Below, one piece after another: positions 24,563 to 37,329 of a DNA stretch of 64,000 nucleotides. Position numbers and translations under genes: made by a program. Numbering within the stretch: the stretch's first letter is position 1; each line of letters starts with the position of its first letter. The notes under the pieces are model-generated. The model worked only from the letters and a program-made list of their open reading frames with translations. It was not told the DNA's origin and did no database searches. Where the stretch lies: the NCBI GenBank assembly GCA_043228905.1, contig JBHGNT010000002.1:5766001-5830000 (forward strand). The letters run 5' to 3'. Origin of the DNA: Azolla caroliniana (Eukaryota > Plantae > Polypodiophyta).

Positions 24563-27134
24563 GTTGCACACTATGTGGAAATTATATTTTTGTCCCTTCG
24601 GATAGAGAATGGAGTGCTCGGTGAGAACCGGAAGAAAACGGCATACCGGCAAGGAGGAAAACGGCATACCGGCAAGGAAGAAAACGGCATACCGGCAAGG
24701 AAGAGCCGGATAAAGAGACATAAATGTAAAAATATAGGAAATACTCACTACTGCGCAGGGCGTGATTCAAACTCTGCACCTCCACGTTGACAAACCCCAA
24801 CCTTACCATTACATTAAATTATCTTAAGTGTTTTAAATATAGATTTAATATGTATAAGACCTTTATTTATGCATACCTTTATTAAAAGGTAAATCGTGTA
24901 TTTTTTTAATATATGAAAAAGAAAAAACACGAGACACTAAAAATAACTCATGCACATCTAGCGTGCATGAGCCCTATACTTAGGAAATAAAAAAGCATCA
25001 CATGCACATTTAGTGTGCATGAACATATGAGAAAAAGCATGTAGCTATGCTTAGTCTCTCCCATCACTATATAAGGATGGGGAGCACATTGTAGTTGTTG
25101 TTGATTATTTGGATTAAGTATTAATCAATACAAAAATTATTCGTGGGATTCACGATTTATACATCTACTTCTCTCTTAACACCCTAAGTACCAATTAATA
25201 TAGTATACTCGTGTGATTCACGAGTTTCTTATCTTTCTCTTTGCTATTTACTCATAATTAATCTCTATCTCACGAACTTCTTTCTCCTAGTCCAAGACCT
25301 CTGTGGTTCCCACCCGACTCACGCAACGATCCGGAGCCGAAAGGCACGACACCGCGATTGTCTGCTCGTAACGTTTGGTGAGCTGAGCTAGAGTTTCGTC
25401 CATGTCCTGTCTCCAAGCGTCCCGATGTCGTTCTCTAGTGGCGATGTGCTCTGTTTGAAACTAGTGATACACATCCGAAATTTTCGCCCTTTGCTCTTCA
25501 GAGATCCTCCACTTTTGCATGTGTTCGTTTGCTAATTCTTGTAATGCCCTTTGTTGACGGTGTAATTCCTGGTTGTCTGCGAATAGCTCGCGTTCTTGTT
25601 GGCTATTCCGCTCTACTTCTTTGATGAATCGTTCTTTGGCCTCGGTGATAGAGACATGAAGGGTCATCACCTCTCTTTCTTGTTCTTTGAGTGCGGCCGA
25701 GCTTTCAACAAGCAGTCGCTTGTGGTTAGCATCACGGCCCGCGGCTTGTTCCCGTAGTTGGCCAATAATGTTGTTGTGGTTTTGTTCTGCTAACTCAGCT
25801 AGAGCGATCTGGGCCTTAAGCTCCTCTTGGTAGTCACAGAGGGGAGGTCCTATTTGGGTTGCAGCTTGCTGGTTCCCGGGAGTGGGTTCCTTGTCTGTCT
25901 GTGTAGATCTTTCCATGACGACAAGGGGTGGTGACGTTTGTGTGGAAGTGTGGCTGGTTTGGGGGTTTGGGCTTATATCTGCCCGTGATGATGGCTCGCT
26001 TATTTGTACTGAATCCATCATTGTGCTTGCATCGACCGTGGCTACCCTAGGGTGAGTTGTGTCGTGGTTGTGTGCTTTGGTAACAGTAGCACTCAGGCTT
26101 GGGTTCGGAAGAGGGGTTGGTGGGACATCGTTACTCGGCGCAAGGAGGCTGTTCTTGATGTTGTTGCTCTAATGACGCCAGTTTCTCCTTGGCGGCTTGC
26201 CATAGCTCAGTAGCCCGTTTGGCTTGCTGGTGTGCCATTTTGATACGTCGGGCCATATCCTTTGTTACCTGAGTTGTGTGGTGCAGATTTCGATATGCCT
26301 CGACTAAGGCCGTGTTCAGATCTGCTAGCTCCATGAGAAGAGAAGCATTTTGTGCTTGCTTCTTCTGCCCTATCGTCTGTATGGCTCGATCCTCATGAGG
26401 TTCGATTTCTCCCATTAGAGCGTGTTGGATCATCTTTGTTTCCGCGTGCTCCTCGGCCATATGAGCGGCGATAGCTACTTGGGCGCGCGCAAGGAAATCC
26501 ATTAACTCATATGTTGTGCCCAGTCGAAGTAGTGCACTAAACTCGTATGCCTCCGCGGGGAGGTCTTTGTAACCCAGAACTTCCTGCTCTAATATCTGCG
26601 TGGTTTGTCCATGCTTGATCCTACCTACTTTGAGCCATAACTCCACTGGTACCATGGCCGTGGAGGTTGGCCTGGCCTCTTTTGATTTCTGATGCTGGGT
26701 GCCCTTGGTTTCTGTGGTCGACTCCTCGATTGATGCGTTGTCTTCTTTTCGACTGATCCTATGAGTCCGGGGCCGGTGGTGTTGGATCCTCGGCTTGTTT
26801 CCTCTTTTATTGCCATATGCCCGAGGGCTGCTGGTTTGTGGGGCGTGGGCTCGGTTGTGGAGAGGGCATCGATGTCCTTGGTGGCTATTGTCGTATGGTG
26901 ACATCCTAGGTGATGGGCTCCTCGGCCTCATCCCATTTGACACGGGTCACTGTTAACGCCCGTTGCTTCTATGTTTTTGGTGGGGCTGGTGCCGAGGCGG
27001 AAGTAGGATTCCGAACGGCCAAGGGAGGTGGAGAAGGCGAGGGGTCTTCCCATTCTTCCTGGGTTAACACCAAAATCTTCTCCTATTGTTTCCGTGGTGG
27101 TGGTGGGGAGGTAAGGATGCGACGAGGGGAAAAC

Positions 27135-30100
27135 TGTAAAGAATATGCGGAATAATCTTCGGCCACAACTGAAGCTTAGATCACTTAATGATAATCAAAC
27201 ATAGAAAAAAAAGAGAAATGGTAGTAAGTACACAAACAGAAGAGAATGCACAGGATGTTAACGTGGAAAACCCTAAACGGGAAAAACCACGAGAGTTCAC
27301 AAACTCCAACTATCACTATGTCGAGAGGAATACAACAGGCAAGCACGGAGGCAACAACCTCGTGTTCACAATCTTCACCTTGCAGTAGTTACAACAGAGA
27401 CTCACACTATCTCTCTCTCTCTCTCGCTTTCTCTTTCCCTCTACTGCGCTCTGTACAACACTTACACCAATAACTCTATACAAAATAATGACATCACAAT
27501 GATACACCCTAACTCTAATTTTCCCTAGGTCATATTTATACTAATATGACTTTAGGACTATGTACAGGTATAGCCCCAATGGGCTCTCAGAAACATATTT
27601 ACCTATATGTCCCTTCATCCAGTGAGAGGTTCTCATCGGGCCTGAATCATCCGGTTCTCACCGGGTCTTCCTTGTCGGGTACTCGTCATCCGGTTCTCAC
27701 TGGGTCTTCCTTGCCGGGTACTCATATCCCATCCGAAGGGACCGAAATCCTAACAAACTCCCCCTTCACTCTGGCATGGGATCTCTAGTTAGTCCAATTC
27801 GCTTCTGCCATGCATCCAACTTGTAGGGCATCAACACCTTGGTTAGCATATCCGACCCGTTCTCCTCCGTGTGGATCTTCGTCAGCACGAACTCTCAGTC
27901 TTCAACTCGCTCCCGAATCCAGTGGTACCTCCGCTGGATGTGCTTCGTCCTCGAATGGTAGGTAACGTTCTTTGCAAGGTGGATGGCACCTTGACTGTCT
28001 CAATAGAGCCAGTATTCCTCTTGCCGGATCCCTAGCTCTTTGATGAAGTCCTTCATCCATAGTGTTTCCTTGCCGGCTTCGACAACCGCCATGTACTCCG
28101 CCTCCGTGATTGACAATGCAACCGTCTTCTGCAACCTCGACTGCCACAAAACAGCTCCCCCTACATATGTCATAACATGTCCCGATGTTGACCGACTGGT
28201 ATCTGCATCAGCCGACATATCCGAATTGGTGAAACTGTCAAGTTGGGGTTTACCGGAGCCGAATCAGACACACATAGTTGAGGTGCCTTTCAAGTACTGG
28301 AGTATCCATTTTACCATATTCCAGTGCTCCTTGTTGGGATTGCTCATGAACCGGCTCACCAGTCCGACTGCGTATCCGATATCCGGTCCAGTACATACCA
28401 TTGCGTACATTAAGCTCCCGACGACAGAGGCATCTGGTATCTTCATCATATCCGCCTTCTCTGCCTTCGTCTTCGGGCTTTGCTTACCGGATAACCTGCA
28501 GTTTGCCGGGAGTGTCGATCTGACCGGTTTAGCATCTGACATGTTGAACCGCTGAAGCACCTTTGTCACGTACTTCTCCTGTGACAGCCACAATTGCTTC
28601 TTTGACTGGTCCCGGATGATATTCATCCCTAGTATCTGTCTTGCATCACCCAAGTCTTTCATTGAGAAGTTCCGGTTCAAGGCCTTCTTCAACATCCATA
28701 TCTTGACTTGATCTCATCCAATAATGAACATGTCGTCCACGTACAGGAGGAGTATTAGGAAGTCTCCATCTTCGAACTTCTTCACAAATACGCAGTGATC
28801 GGCCTGTGTCTTGTGGTACCCTTGATCGGTCATGAAGGAGTCCAACTTCTGGTACCATTGCCGGGGAGCCTACTTCAAACTGTAGAGGCTCTTCTTCAAC
28901 CGGAAAACCAAGTGCTCCTTCCCTTTCTTCATGGATTCTTCCGGTTGCTGCATGTAGATCTCCTCTTCAAGGTCACCGTGAAGGAACATTGTCATCACGT
29001 CTAACTGCTCTACCTCAAGATCCATGCTTGCCGCTATGCTCAACACCATCCGGATAGAAGTCATCTTTACTACTTGGGCAAAAATCTCGTCAAAGTCCAC
29101 GCCCTGCTTCTGCTAGAACCCCTTCACCACGATCCTAGCTTTGCATCTCGGGGGTTGTCGGCATGTCCCGGTTTCAGCTTGTACACCCACTTGTTTCGGA
29201 GTGCCCTCTATCCTTTCGGCAACTCCACCAATTCATACGTGTGGTTCTTGTGTAGGGAATCCATCTCGTCCTGCATGGCACTCAACCACTTGTGGCTCTG
29301 GGTGTCATCCTTCACTTCTTCGAAGCTTTCTGGCTCCCGCTCATCGGCTAGCAACACGCACTCTACATCCAGAAATCTCCGGGGGAGCCTTCTCTCACTA
29401 AGAGGATATCTGTGTCCTTGGCTTTCGGCAACCGGCTCTTCTCTTTGTTCTTCATCCGAATCGTATTCGGGATCTTGGTTGGTTCCGGTTCCTACTTCCT
29501 CTTCTTCTTCTTCTTCTTCTTCCGGTTCGGTATCCTCACCGTAACCGGCCGGTTCTTCGAGTGTCAACCGGCTCTTAGCTGTGTAGGTCCAAATCTAATC
29601 AAACCGATCCTTACCGGTCGACTCAGAGTTCATTATCTTCTTCTCCGACTCCCAGTCGGCAAGGGTCTTGTCCTCCATGAAGATAATATCTCGACTCTAG
29701 AAAACCTTCTTGTTGACCCGATCCCACACTTGGTAACCGAACTCATCATCACCGTATCCGAGGAATATGCAAGGACGGGACTTTGGATCCAACTTTGCTC
29801 TCCGGTCCTTTGCCACATGCACGTAAGCGAGACACCCAAACATCTTCACATGCCGGTATGACACTGCCTTACCAGTCCATACTTTTTGCGATGTCTCTCC
29901 GTCCAAGGGTACTAAGGGTGATCTATTTATCACGTACGTCTTGGGTAACTTGGCATGTGCTAGCATGCTCAAGACCCTCTCCATTATGGTCCGGTTCATC
30001 CTCTCGGCCAGCCCATTGAGTTCTAGCGTCTTCAACACGGTAAATTGGAGCCAGATTCCCTTCGAGTGGCAGTACTCCTCGAACTGCCCCCGATATTCTC

Positions 30101-32059
30101 CTCTGTTATCTGCTCGAACCTCCTTCAGCTTCCGGCCGGTTTCTCTTTCCACTCTTGCGTGGAGCTCCTTGAAGACGGATAACACCTAATCCTTCGTCTT
30201 CAACAGTGTGGTCGTCTATGAATGTCACGAAGTACTGCGATTCAGCATGTGACTTCGTTTCCACTTGACACACATCGGTATGCACTAGCTCCAGTGGTGC
30301 ATTACATCTCATCGGTGGCCTTGAGCGGAAGCAGGTCCGGTTTTGCTTACCAGCCAGGGAATCGGTGCACTTCTCAAGATGCACGTCTTTCACCGGAATG
30401 AGGTTGTCATCGGCAAGCCTCTTCATCCCCTTCTCGCTCATGTGACACAGTCTCTTGTGCCACAGCTCACCGGCAGTGTCGGATGCAACGTTCACTTCTT
30501 CCGGACATATCCGTACATTCATCAAGTACAGTGTGTTGACCTTCTGGGCTCGAGCCACTATTAGGATTCCTTTGCAGAACTTCATGACACCGTTTCGGAT
30601 GTTACCCGTGTAGCCTTCATCATCTAGCCGATCGGCTGATATCAGGTTCAGTCGAACCTCCGGAACGTGTCAGACATCCTTCAACAGCAACTTGCATCTG
30701 GTTGGTGTTGTTTGCCACACTTCTCCTATGCCGACAATTTGGCATGTACCTTCATTCCCCATCCGGACACAGCCGTGATCACTGGCTGTGTAGGATGAGA
30801 AGCATTTCTGGTTAGGGGTCAGGTGGAACGACCCTCTGGAATCAACAACCCACGTTGTCTTGTCGCCGGCAAGGGTCAACTCACTCTCGTCGGTGATGAC
30901 CATAAACTCTTCTTCACTTGCCGCGATCGTCGTCGTTCCCTTCCGGTCCGGTCCTCTCCGGTCTTTACCATTCCGGTCTGGTGACTGCTTCGAATCGGTA
31001 CTGTCAGTTTCCTTGTCTTTCCAGAAATGCCGACAATTCTTCTGGAAGTGTCCTGGCTTGCCGCAATAGAAGCAAGTAGGCCTCCCCCTTGACTTTGACC
31101 ATGTCCCCGACTTTTCCCGATTCTGGGGACTACGGTTCCTTTGTCTTCCGCATTCCGATTCGGTAAGGAGTGCTTTGGAGTCAGAGATCGTATCCTTATC
31201 TTTCTGATGCGCCTCCTCATTAGCAAGCTCGACTTGACTCTTGCTAGGGATAATTGTTTCCCTTCCGTCCCGGCGTTGCCCAAAGTGACAACCAACGTCT
31301 CCCAGCTATCTGGGAGGGAGCCGAGCAGGAGCAATGCTAGTACCTCATCGACGAGAGGTACTTCCAATGATGTTGCCTGGTGAATCAATCCCTGGATGAC
31401 ATTCATGTGCTCTACCATACTGGAGCCATCTTGGTATCGGAGCCTCACTAGCATCCGGAATACCGAAACCCGATTAACAACATTTTTGTTCTAAAACCTA
31501 ATGTCGATCTTCTCCCAGAGCTCATGAGCCTTAAAGTTGTTGTACAGGCTCATGTCGATGAAGCACCGTATGTACGTTGTTGTCTTCATATGCATCACTT
31601 CCCATATTGCGGCATCAATCTTGTCCGGTCTCTTGTCCCCGAATTGAACCGGCAACCAGAGATCTTTGACCACGAGCATGTCCCTCATCTTCGACTTCCA
31701 CACTAAGTAGTTGGAGCCGGTGAGCTTGAACATGCCTCCCAATGAATCTTCCATTTTCTGTGTCATTTCTCTCTGATACCAGTTTGTAAAGAATATGTGG
31801 AATAATCTTCGGCCACAACCGAAGCTTAGATCACTTAATGATAATCAAACATAGAAAAAAAAGAGAAATGGAAGTAAGTACACAAACAGAAGAGAATGCA
31901 CAGGACGTTAACGTGGAAAACCCTAAACGGGAAAAACCAAGAGAGTTCACAAACTCCAACTATCACTATGTCGAGAGGAATACAACAGGCAAGCACGGAG
32001 GCAACGACCTCGTGCTCACAATCTTCGCCCTGCGGCAGTTACAACAGAGACTCACATTG

Positions 32060-32091
<32 letters not shown>

Positions 32092-32376
32092 TCTTGCCCT
32101 CTATTGCACTCTGTACAACAGTTACACCAATAACTCTATACAAAATAATGACATCACAATGATACACCCTAACTCTAATTTTCCCTAGGTCATATTTATA
32201 CTAATATGACTTTAGGACTATGTACAGGTATAGCCCGAATGGGCTCTCAGAAACATATTTACCTATATGTCCCTTCATTCGGTGAGAGGTTCTCATCGAG
32301 CCTGCGTCATCCGGTTCTCACTGGGTCTTCCTTGCCGGGTACTCATATCCCATCTCGAGGGACCGAAATCCTAACA
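27135..32376 (-). mobile_element. Full-length decayed Tork/TAR-like Ty1/copia
   Basis: LTRs 27135-27755 and 31785-32376; TSD AAAAC/AAAAT; PBS TGGTATCAGAG 31771-31781; PPT 27756-27767. Gag, PR (WVVDS), INT, RT (YVDD) and RH present with stops and frameshifts. Confidence 0.95.
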
Positions 32377-33137
32377 AAAATGAAGGAGGTGGGTAAAGGA
32401 TTGTGAGGAAATGATTAGTCACAGGCTACAATCTCTTACCGGTTTGAAAAGATTCTAGCGCTGCACGGACTCCACCGGTGATGATTCCCCAATCGATTTT
32501 GTCGCCTTCGTACATTCTGATGATGATGGCAGCTTTATTCTATGGCATACTCGTGGGATTCGTATGCACAAAGCCGTATTGCATCAAAATCTGGGCGATC
32601 TCCCCAAAAGCCTTGTTTGAGCCTCCGTAAGTGCGGTAAGCTTTTCCCGACATCAAATACATCCCAAAATATTCCTTGAGGGTCGAGTGGGGAGGGATTT
32701 CGACCTCATGGTCTCCGCCTCGCGCAAGGTCCAAAGCAACGTGAATCATGTTGTTGGTTACTATGTCAGGGTGGATTCTGCGTGCTATTGTTGGGGCGTC
32801 AGGGTGCGCTGGGGCGTCGATTACCCGTAACCCGCCTAGTCCTCGTTGTTGTAGCGAAGAACGGGTTTCCTACGATGCTACGAGAGGCATGGTGGACTCG
32901 AAGGTTTGCTGATAGGGGGCGATTGGGGAAACGATGAGATGAGGACGAGACAGAGAGATGGAAAAAGATGGTTGGGGAGGACACCATTGTTTTGTGTAGG
33001 GGCTACGAGGGTGAGAGGAGGCTTGTTTGTAGGAGCGATGAGAACGAGAGAGAGCTTGGGAGCTTGAAGGTGGTGAAGGCAAGAACGCTGCTATGTGAGT
33101 GAGCGCGTTGTGTGTGGGGTAGTTTCTTTTATGTGAC

Positions 33138-36100
33138 TGTGAAAACGATTACTTGCAGAAGCGTTAGAAAATAGAGAAAGTAGAGAATACACAGAGTTCA
33201 TGGGAGAGACAGAGAGAGCAGAACGTAAAAGCTATATATAAAACAATATAAACACTCTCTCTACTTACAACTATGCTCAGTAGCACTATTTATACAAGTC
33301 CTCGTGGGACTGACAGAAGTACCGCGTACTTCAATGCTCACACAAACATCTGACACTTACTACGAGACTATAACTACCTAGTAGTCTAAACAAATATTAG
33401 GCTTCCGGTTACCAATTGGATCCGGCTAACCGGCTCCCAGCTCACCGACTCTGTTGCTTGCCGGCTCGGTTGCTCACCGGCTTAGGCTTATCCAGTCGAT
33501 TCGGCTCTAGTTGAGATTGCCGCTCAACACTCCCCCTCAAGCTCAACTTGAGGTTGGATCCTAATGTCAGCCTCTGTGGCAGTCGGTTCTTCCAACCAAC
33601 TTCTCCTGGCGTCGCTCCGCCTTGCTGCCGCTCCTCATCCGGTCTGGTCCCGTTTGCCGCGACCCTTCTGGTTTTGCACGCCTCGACCTTCTCGGTCGGC
33701 ATGTCTGCTGAATAGGCTCCTCTCAGCTCCTTCGCTGCTATGACTCTGACGCTTGCCGATCCGTCGGTTCCTCCGCGATGGAATCTACTTCCGCTGCATC
33801 CGTGTCTCCTTGGCCTCTAGTTGATTCGGTTCATCCGGATCCGTCTGTTGATCCGAATCGGCTATGTCCCATTCGTTCTAGCCTTTTTTTGAATTTTTCA
33901 CTCCTAACTCGTTCCAGCTCTTGTCGGAGTCGGTATCCTCCGACTCATCTTTCGGTTTAAGGTCCTTCACCACATTAAACCACGTCCGGGTCTTGGCCTT
34001 GCTTCAATCCTTGGCTTCTTCAGTCAGTTCACCAAAGTCAAATTCTTCATTTGACTCCGTATCTCGGTCACTACCGCTGTGATGACGATGATTAAGTCCG
34101 CATAGTATGCACTTTTCATCCTGCGTGCACACTTCTTCTTTCCGGTTGGCTCAGTCCTCCTTGACCTTGCCACCACTGCCGCTCGTTCCGACTTGTTCAG
34201 ACGTGCCGACTTTCTTCGTCGACTCGACTTCTTTTTCCTCCTTGTCTCCCCCTCTTCCGATTCTTCCCTTACCAGTGTCGGCAACAGTTTCTTTGCCTTT
34301 GCCCGTTCCGACGGTGTCTTTGCCCTTTCTTCTCCCCCTCAAGTGCAGCACGTCGAGTTGCCGAACACCAAGCATGTCGGTAAAGTGCTGCAACTTGTCC
34401 GACCCGAGCGGCTTGGTGAAGATGTTGGCAACTTGCCGATCGGTGTGAACATACCGTAGTTCAACTTCACCGCTCAGGACCCGCTCACGTACAAAGTGAT
34501 AATGCACTTCTATGTGCTTCGTGCGAGCATGGAACACAGGGTTCTTGGTGAGCTGCATGCTGCTGATGTTATCACAATAAATCGGGATCGGGGTCAGTAC
34601 CTCGATCCGCAAGTCTCGCAGTAGTCGCCGAAGCAAAATGGCTTCACAGGTGGCAACGGTCACGCCCCGATACTCAGCCTCAGTGCTTGACAGAGCCACT
34701 ATTGGTTGCTTTTTGCTACTCCATGCAACAGCTGCGCTCCCAAGGGAAAACATAAAACCGGAAGTGGATCTGTGATCCGATGCATCGTTGGCCCAGTCGG
34801 CATCTGTGTAACCGACTAGCTCTTCGGTTATACCTCGCCGGTATAACAGTTCCCGATCCTTCGTGCCCCTTACATATCCCAGTATCCGTTGCACGCACTA
34901 AAGGTGCTCCACGGTTGGCTACTGCATGAACTGACTTATCATTCCGGTAGGATACCTGATGTCGAGTAACGTGATAGTCAAGCCAATAAGGCCTCCAACA
35001 ATTTGTCAGAACCGTTTCTCGGTGCAGGCTGGTCCGGAGTTGGGTCGAAGCTTCTGGTTCTGGTCCAAGGGTGTGGAGACAGGTCGGCATTCTGTCATGC
35101 CGAACTTGTACAACATATTCAAGACGTAATGTCGTTGTGAGAGCAATATGCCGTCGGGGGTCCGGATCACCTCGATCCCAGGAAAATAATGAAGGTCCCC
35201 CAGGTCCTTCATCTCAAATGCGTCCGACAACTGGGACTTGACGCGGTTGACTTCTTGATGACCCGGTCCGGTGATGACTAAATCATCAACATACAGCAGG
35301 ATACATACCGGACCGGCTGAGCCTTGCCGGATGAACAACAAAGAGTCAGACTTGGAGGCTGCAAACCCCATCTTACACAACCGGTGCGTGATCTTCTCTT
35401 TCCAAGCTCGAGGGGCTTGCTTCAAGCCGTACAACGACTTCTTCAGCCGGCATACCGCCGACTTGTTCATCTCCGATTGAAAACCGGGGGGCTGAGTCAT
35501 AAAGACTTCTTCTTCAAAATCACCCTGAAGAAATGCATTCTTCACATCCATCTAGTGAAGATGCCACCCCCTTGTTGTAGAAACCGCCAGCACCACACGA
35601 ACCGTCGTCATCTTCGCTACCAAAGCGAAGGTCTCGTTGTAGTCAATTCCGTGGGTCTACATGTATCCCTTCGCCACTAACCGGGCCTTGTACCGGTTAA
35701 CTGAATTGTCAGCGTTGTACTTTACCTTGTACACCCACTTGCATCCGATTGGTTTATAGTGACGGGGAGGGTCCACTAGGTCCCATGTCTCGTTGAAATC
35801 AAGTGCCCGCATTTCTTCCTTCATAGTGGCATGCCAATTTGCATCCTTTGCCGCTTCTGCATAGCTCTTTTGCTCACGCACTTCCGCCACCTTGGTCATG
35901 TACGCATAGTGATGCGCCATGTTCTCATTGTACCCGTACCGCTTGACGGGATCCTTCTGGCGGGTGGACCAGCGTAACTCACTGTTACCCGGTTTGAGGC
36001 CCTTCTTGGCCGGTTCGGTCTTCGTTGCCGAAGATCCGCCTTTCTCCTTGCCGGAGTCGGATGCACACAGATCCGACTCATCGTTGCCGGTTTCGAATTC

Positions 36101-37272
36101 TGGCATCTTTTTCTTCCCTTTCTCATTGCGTGTGAACCGTCTCCTCAGTTCCTTGCACGGGGAGAGCACGACAAAGTCTCCACTACTCGCCGGTTCCTCA
36201 TTGGACTGATCATATTGACTCAGTCTCTCGTTCGGCCCACTCAACCGAAACGATTCCGGACTCTCACCCTAACCTGAGTCCACGCTTCATCATCATCTAC
36301 TTGGGCCGGTTCAGGCTCACTAGCCTCATCCTCTGGCATCAGGTCGGATTTCGGAGGTTAGAGTTGGTAAGGAGTACCACGATGCGGATTCATCGAACTC
36401 GACATCTCGACTAACTCAGACCGGCTTTGTCCAGGGGTTATAACACTTATAACCCTTTTGCTCTTGAGCATAGCTGACTAGGATGCATTTTTCCTATTTT
36501 GCATCCAGCTTCCTCCGCTTCTCATCCGGTACATGCACATATGCAATGCTACCGAAGATCTTAAGGTGTCTCAAATTCGGCTTGCGCCCGAAATACAGCT
36601 CGTGAGCTGACACCTTGTCACCGATCTAGTTCTGGATGTAGATTGTCGTTCAGACTGCCTCCGCCTAAGAGAATTTGGGCATGCTCTTCTCCTCCAGCAT
36701 TGCCCTCACTGCATCAATAAGCGACCGGTTCTTCCTTTCAGCAACATTGTTCTTTTGCGGTGTGTATCTACAGCTGAACTCTCGCTGAATTCCCTTTTGT
36801 TGCAGATAACTGTTGAATTTGCTGGAAAAGTATTCTTTTCCGCCATCTGACCGTATAGTCGTCAATGAAGGAGACGAAATATCGACTCCCGCCAAGACTA
36901 ACATTCTGTGCCGGTCCCCACACATCCGAATGGATAAGTTCGAGCTTGTAACAGCTCCGGTTACGTTCGGTAGGGAATGGAAGCCGGTGTTGCTTCCCGA
37001 GTTGGCAGGCTTCACATACTTGGGCCTTCCGGCCGCTGAACTTCGGCAAACCGAAAACAACTTGTTTCATTTGTAGGTCTTGAAGCCTCTCGTAATTGAC
37101 GTGGCCTATCCGCTTGTGCCACAGGTCGATGTCCGATTCGACCTTCTGTCCTTTTGCAAATAGAGTAGTGCCAACATCATTGGTGTCGAGGATAAACATC
37201 CTCCCATCTCTGCGCCCTTGTGCAATAATCTGGCCCTCTTCCTCAATGAAGCACCCGAGGTGCATAAATCGA
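33138..37272 (-). mobile_element. 5'-truncated Ale/Bryco-like copia (3' LTR, RH, RT, INT)
   Basis: LTR 33138-33529, PPT 33530-33541; homologous to 4605-10346. Homology stops at ~37272; gag and the 5' LTR are missing. Confidence 0.92.
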
Positions 37273-37329
37273 CAATGGTTGAGGTTCATGATGAATTAGT
37301 TTTTGGAGATTCCAAACTTGTTTCTTAAT

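Larger units (their letters stand above)
18127..25351 (+). mobile_element. Young, apparently intact non-chromovirus Ty3/gypsy (DUF4100-type, Phygy/Selgy-like)
   Basis: LTRs 18127-18882 and 24550-25351 differ by about 4 substitutions plus a 46-bp repeat indel; 4-bp TSD CCGC; tRNA-Trp PBS; PPT GGAGGGGGCGAG 24538-24549; two uninterrupted ORFs. Confidence 0.97.
17412..33080 (-). pseudogene. Degenerate unassigned TE-associated ORF, copy 2 (~3.2 kb after removing two insertions)
   Basis: Segments ~33080-32377, 27134-25352 and 18126-17412. The frame is restored across both TSDs (LYPPPSFSPRR; RYEQTIAVITEK). Has an IIIRMYEGDKIDWG motif, a Pro-rich linker and a coiled-coil-like region. Confidence 0.75.
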
